Position numbers and translations under genes: made by a program
Shown: positions 27,754 to 29,380 of the stretch, piece after piece
How positions within the stretch are numbered: position 1 is the stretch's first letter
Layout of the letters: each line of letters begins with the position of its first letter
Assembly (NCBI GenBank): GCA_964536715.1
Contig: CAZHYK010000002.1
Span: 1 to 29,380, forward strand
Length of the DNA: 29,380 nucleotides
Origin: Candidatus Woesearchaeota archaeon
Lineage (GTDB): Archaea > Nanobdellota > Nanobdellia > Pacearchaeales > GW2011-AR1
Reading direction: 5' to 3'
The notes under the pieces: generated by a model
Told to the model about the DNA's origin: nothing
Database searches by the model: none
Seen by the model: the letters and a program-made list of their open reading frames with translations, nothing else

Positions 27754-27826
27754 GCCTGCATAGCTCAGTTGATAGAGCAATTGCCTTGTAAGCAATAGGT
27801 CGGGGGTTTGACTCCCTCTGCAGGCT
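27754..27826 (+). tRNA. tRNA-Thr(UGU)
   Basis: GCCTGCA/TGCAGGC acceptor, anticodon loop CT-TGT-AA, U73; non-canonical D/T loops; no CCA. Confidence 0.93.
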
Positions 27827-27846
27827 TCAACGAAATGTTAAGAGTC

Positions 27847-28110
27847 TTAATCCTTCTTTCTCTTAATCCAAGAAATAATTAACATTACAATTATAAAAAG
27901 AATTATTATAAAGATAATCCAATAAGTAGGAGTTATTTTTGGAATATTTCTTTCAGATTCATCTATAACATCTGAATTAATTACACTTCCTACAATTCCT
28001 CCATAATTTGATGAATTTACCTTTGAAAGAATAATTGTACTGGCTACAGCCATAATAAGAACTACAGCTAAAAATATTTTCGCCGGATTGAATTCTCCTT
28101 GCTTTTTCAT
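27847..28110 (-). CDS. Small hypothetical membrane protein (N- and C-terminal TM helices)
   Basis: Two hydrophobic segments; TATA-like site at about 28133 on the minus strand. Confidence 0.65.
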   Translation of the reverse strand: MKKQGEFNPAKIFLAVVLIMAVASTIILSKVNSSNYGGIVGSVINSDVIDESERNIPKITPTYWIIFIIILFIIVMLIISWIKRKKD

Positions 28111-28254
28111 TTTTTTAATAAGTACTTAGACTTTATAAGTTTTTTGAATGGTGGTTTCTTTAGGATTAGATTGACAATTTTAGTAAAACTAGAATATTCT
28201 TATAATAAAGAAATTGAAATATTGAAGATAGATCATATCTCACTTCGTTCGATA

Positions 28255-28427
28255 TAATATGGGCCCGCCAGTCTTAAAAAATTACTTTGTAATTTTGGGA
28301 ACTTCAACGAACTATCTTTCTTTAGAAAAGAAAGATTTCTCCCAATCAAAGAAACTAAGTTAGTTGAAGTGAATCAAAGAACTTCTTTCTTTTTAGAAAA
28401 AAGAAAGTTTCTTCTAATAAAGAAAAA
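28255..28427. repeat. Second cluster of B-type hairpin repeats (inverted relative to 24.7 kb) plus a tRNA-3'-end-like 17-mer
   Basis: 28379-28427 is the reverse complement of 24795-24843 (46/49). 28306-28359 resembles the reverse complement of 24696-24749. 28255-28271 is the reverse complement of 28768-28784 (16/17). Confidence 0.88.
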
Positions 28428-28478
28428 CCTATATTAGATTTTGAGAAATAAAATTATTGAAATTTCGATTCCAAACTA

Positions 28479-28549
28479 TGCGCGGACCGGGAATCGAACC
28501 CGGGACACAACCTTGGCAAGGTCATATTATACCACTTAACCATCCACGC
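28479..28549 (-). tRNA. tRNA-Gly(GCC)
   Basis: GCGTGGA/TCCGCGC acceptor, anticodon loop TT-GCC-AA, T-loop TTCGATT; no CCA. Confidence 0.96.
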
Positions 28550-28625
28550 TTACATAATATTTATTCCTTAGATATTTAAAAAGATATTGATTATTCTCTC
28601 TATCCAACTTCAAAATCCAAGAAGT

Positions 28626-28655
28626 TAGACATAATGTTAAACCCTCTCGTTTACA
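28626..28655 (+). repeat. Degenerate copy of the tRNA-Val D-arm and anticodon 5' half
   Basis: TAGACATAATGTTAAACCCTCTCGTTTACA vs tRNA TAGGC-TAATGGTAGACCCTCTCGTTTACA; the last 15 nt are identical. Confidence 0.75.
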
Positions 28656-28708
28656 AGATATTTTGTTCATCTAAAGATTTATAAAACACAATTTTCTATA
28701 TATTCTAT

Positions 28709-28779
28709 GGGCCTATAGGCTAATGGTAGACCCTCTCGTTTACACCGAGATGGCCCAGGTTCGATTCCTGGTGGGCCCA
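28709..28779 (+). tRNA. tRNA-Val(UAC)
   Basis: GGGCCTA/TGGGCCC acceptor, anticodon loop TT-TAC-AC, T-loop TTCGATT; no CCA. Confidence 0.95.
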
Positions 28780-28900
28780 TATTACATTGAAATAAATGAT
28801 ATGTTTTTTTAAGAAGGATTATTTAAATTATTCTTTATAAAAACCTAAAAGTTTATAAATCCCTTATAACTCACTAAATGGTGATTATTCGGTGATTGAA

Positions 28901-29053
28901 ATGGGGGAAATTAAAATTATTGTTTCTGAAGAGACTGAAAAATTAGTTGAACAAATTTGTAATAGAATTGGAATTAAGAAGACGGAATATTTAAAAGGTT
29001 TATTAATCGAGGAGTTACGTAGGAGGGAAAAAAGAAATGAAAGAAATATTTAA
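28901..29053 (+). CDS. Small ribbon-helix-helix (CopG-like) protein, 50 aa; not in the ORF track
   Basis: MGEIKIIVSEETEKLVEQICNRIGIKKTEYLKGLLIEELRRREKRNERNI: beta-strand 'IKIIV', then helix-G-helix; GGTGA SD-like site upstream. Confidence 0.7.
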   Translation: MGEIKIIVSEETEKLVEQICNRIGIKKTEYLKGLLIEELRRREKRNERNI

Positions 29054-29380
29054 AAATATATTCTATAAATTAAATAATAGGGTGGTGAAAAAGATTTGTT
29101 TAAGTTTGTTTGTGCTTGGAATTTTGATGTTCTCGTTGAGCGGGGTTTGGGCTTGGGAGGCAACAGATTTTGTTTCGACTTGGAATACTTCTGCTGTTTC
29201 CGATGGGTCTAGCAATTCAACATCAATAACTCTTCCGTTAGAAGATACAGGAACTTATAATTTTAGCATTGATTGGGGGGATGGGAATACGAGCATTGTT
29301 ACTACATGGGATAGTGCGAATAAAACTCACGATTATGGCACCGAAGGAATTTATAATATTACAATTAATGGAACGATTAG
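29037..29380 (+). CDS. N-terminus of a secreted surface protein of BspA/DUF285 type with a PKD-like domain (runs off the window); not in the ORF track
   Basis: ATG 29037 after GGAGG; signal peptide 'KKICLSLFVLGILMFSLSGVWA'; 'FVSTWNT....G.S....ITLPL...G.YNF.IDWGDG......W......H.Y...G.Y.I.I.G.I'. Confidence 0.75.
   Translation, partial: MKEIFKNIFYKLNNRVVKKICLSLFVLGILMFSLSGVWAWEATDFVSTWNTSAVSDGSSNSTSITLPLEDTGTYNFSIDWGDGNTSIVTTWDSANKTHDYGTEGIYNITINGTI

Overview
AT-rich chromosomal window from a DPANN archaeon, most consistent with Pacearchaeota/Woesearchaeota (inferred from the archaeal gene set, very divergent rRNAs and the types of small membrane genes; no database search was possible). Core content: GINS, pop5-psmA-sdo1, RNase J, a HemK-type methyltransferase, a GT4 glycosyltransferase, a linked 16S-tRNA-Ala-23S operon without 5S, xerA, ribosomal protein genes (eL33, uL16, eL18, uL13, uS9, eL42, eS1), family-4 UDG, ndk and six tRNAs (none with introns or encoded CCA). 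Accessory content: five tandem membrane-protein genes; a block after xerA with an RNase H-like protein, a Zn-finger/serine-recombinase-domain protein lacking the catalytic domain, a PRTase-like protein and a Fic protein with His-to-Gln in the motif; an NTase-HEPN-like fusion; and an RHH gene plus a BspA/DUF285-type surface protein running off the right edge. The least explained signals are non-coding: (1) a family of modular hairpin repeats dispersed at about 3.6, 24.6-24.9 and 28.3-28.4 kb, with compensatory stem changes, mostly downstream of tRNA genes and associated with duplicated gene ends (ybjQ 3' end, tRNA-Ala 3' end, tRNA-Val 3' end and 5' half); (2) a 96-nt folded candidate RNA upstream of rpl44e; (3) clustered substitutions at near-universal decoding-centre and peptidyl-transferase-centre rRNA positions. 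No CRISPR array, IS transposase or prophage is supported.
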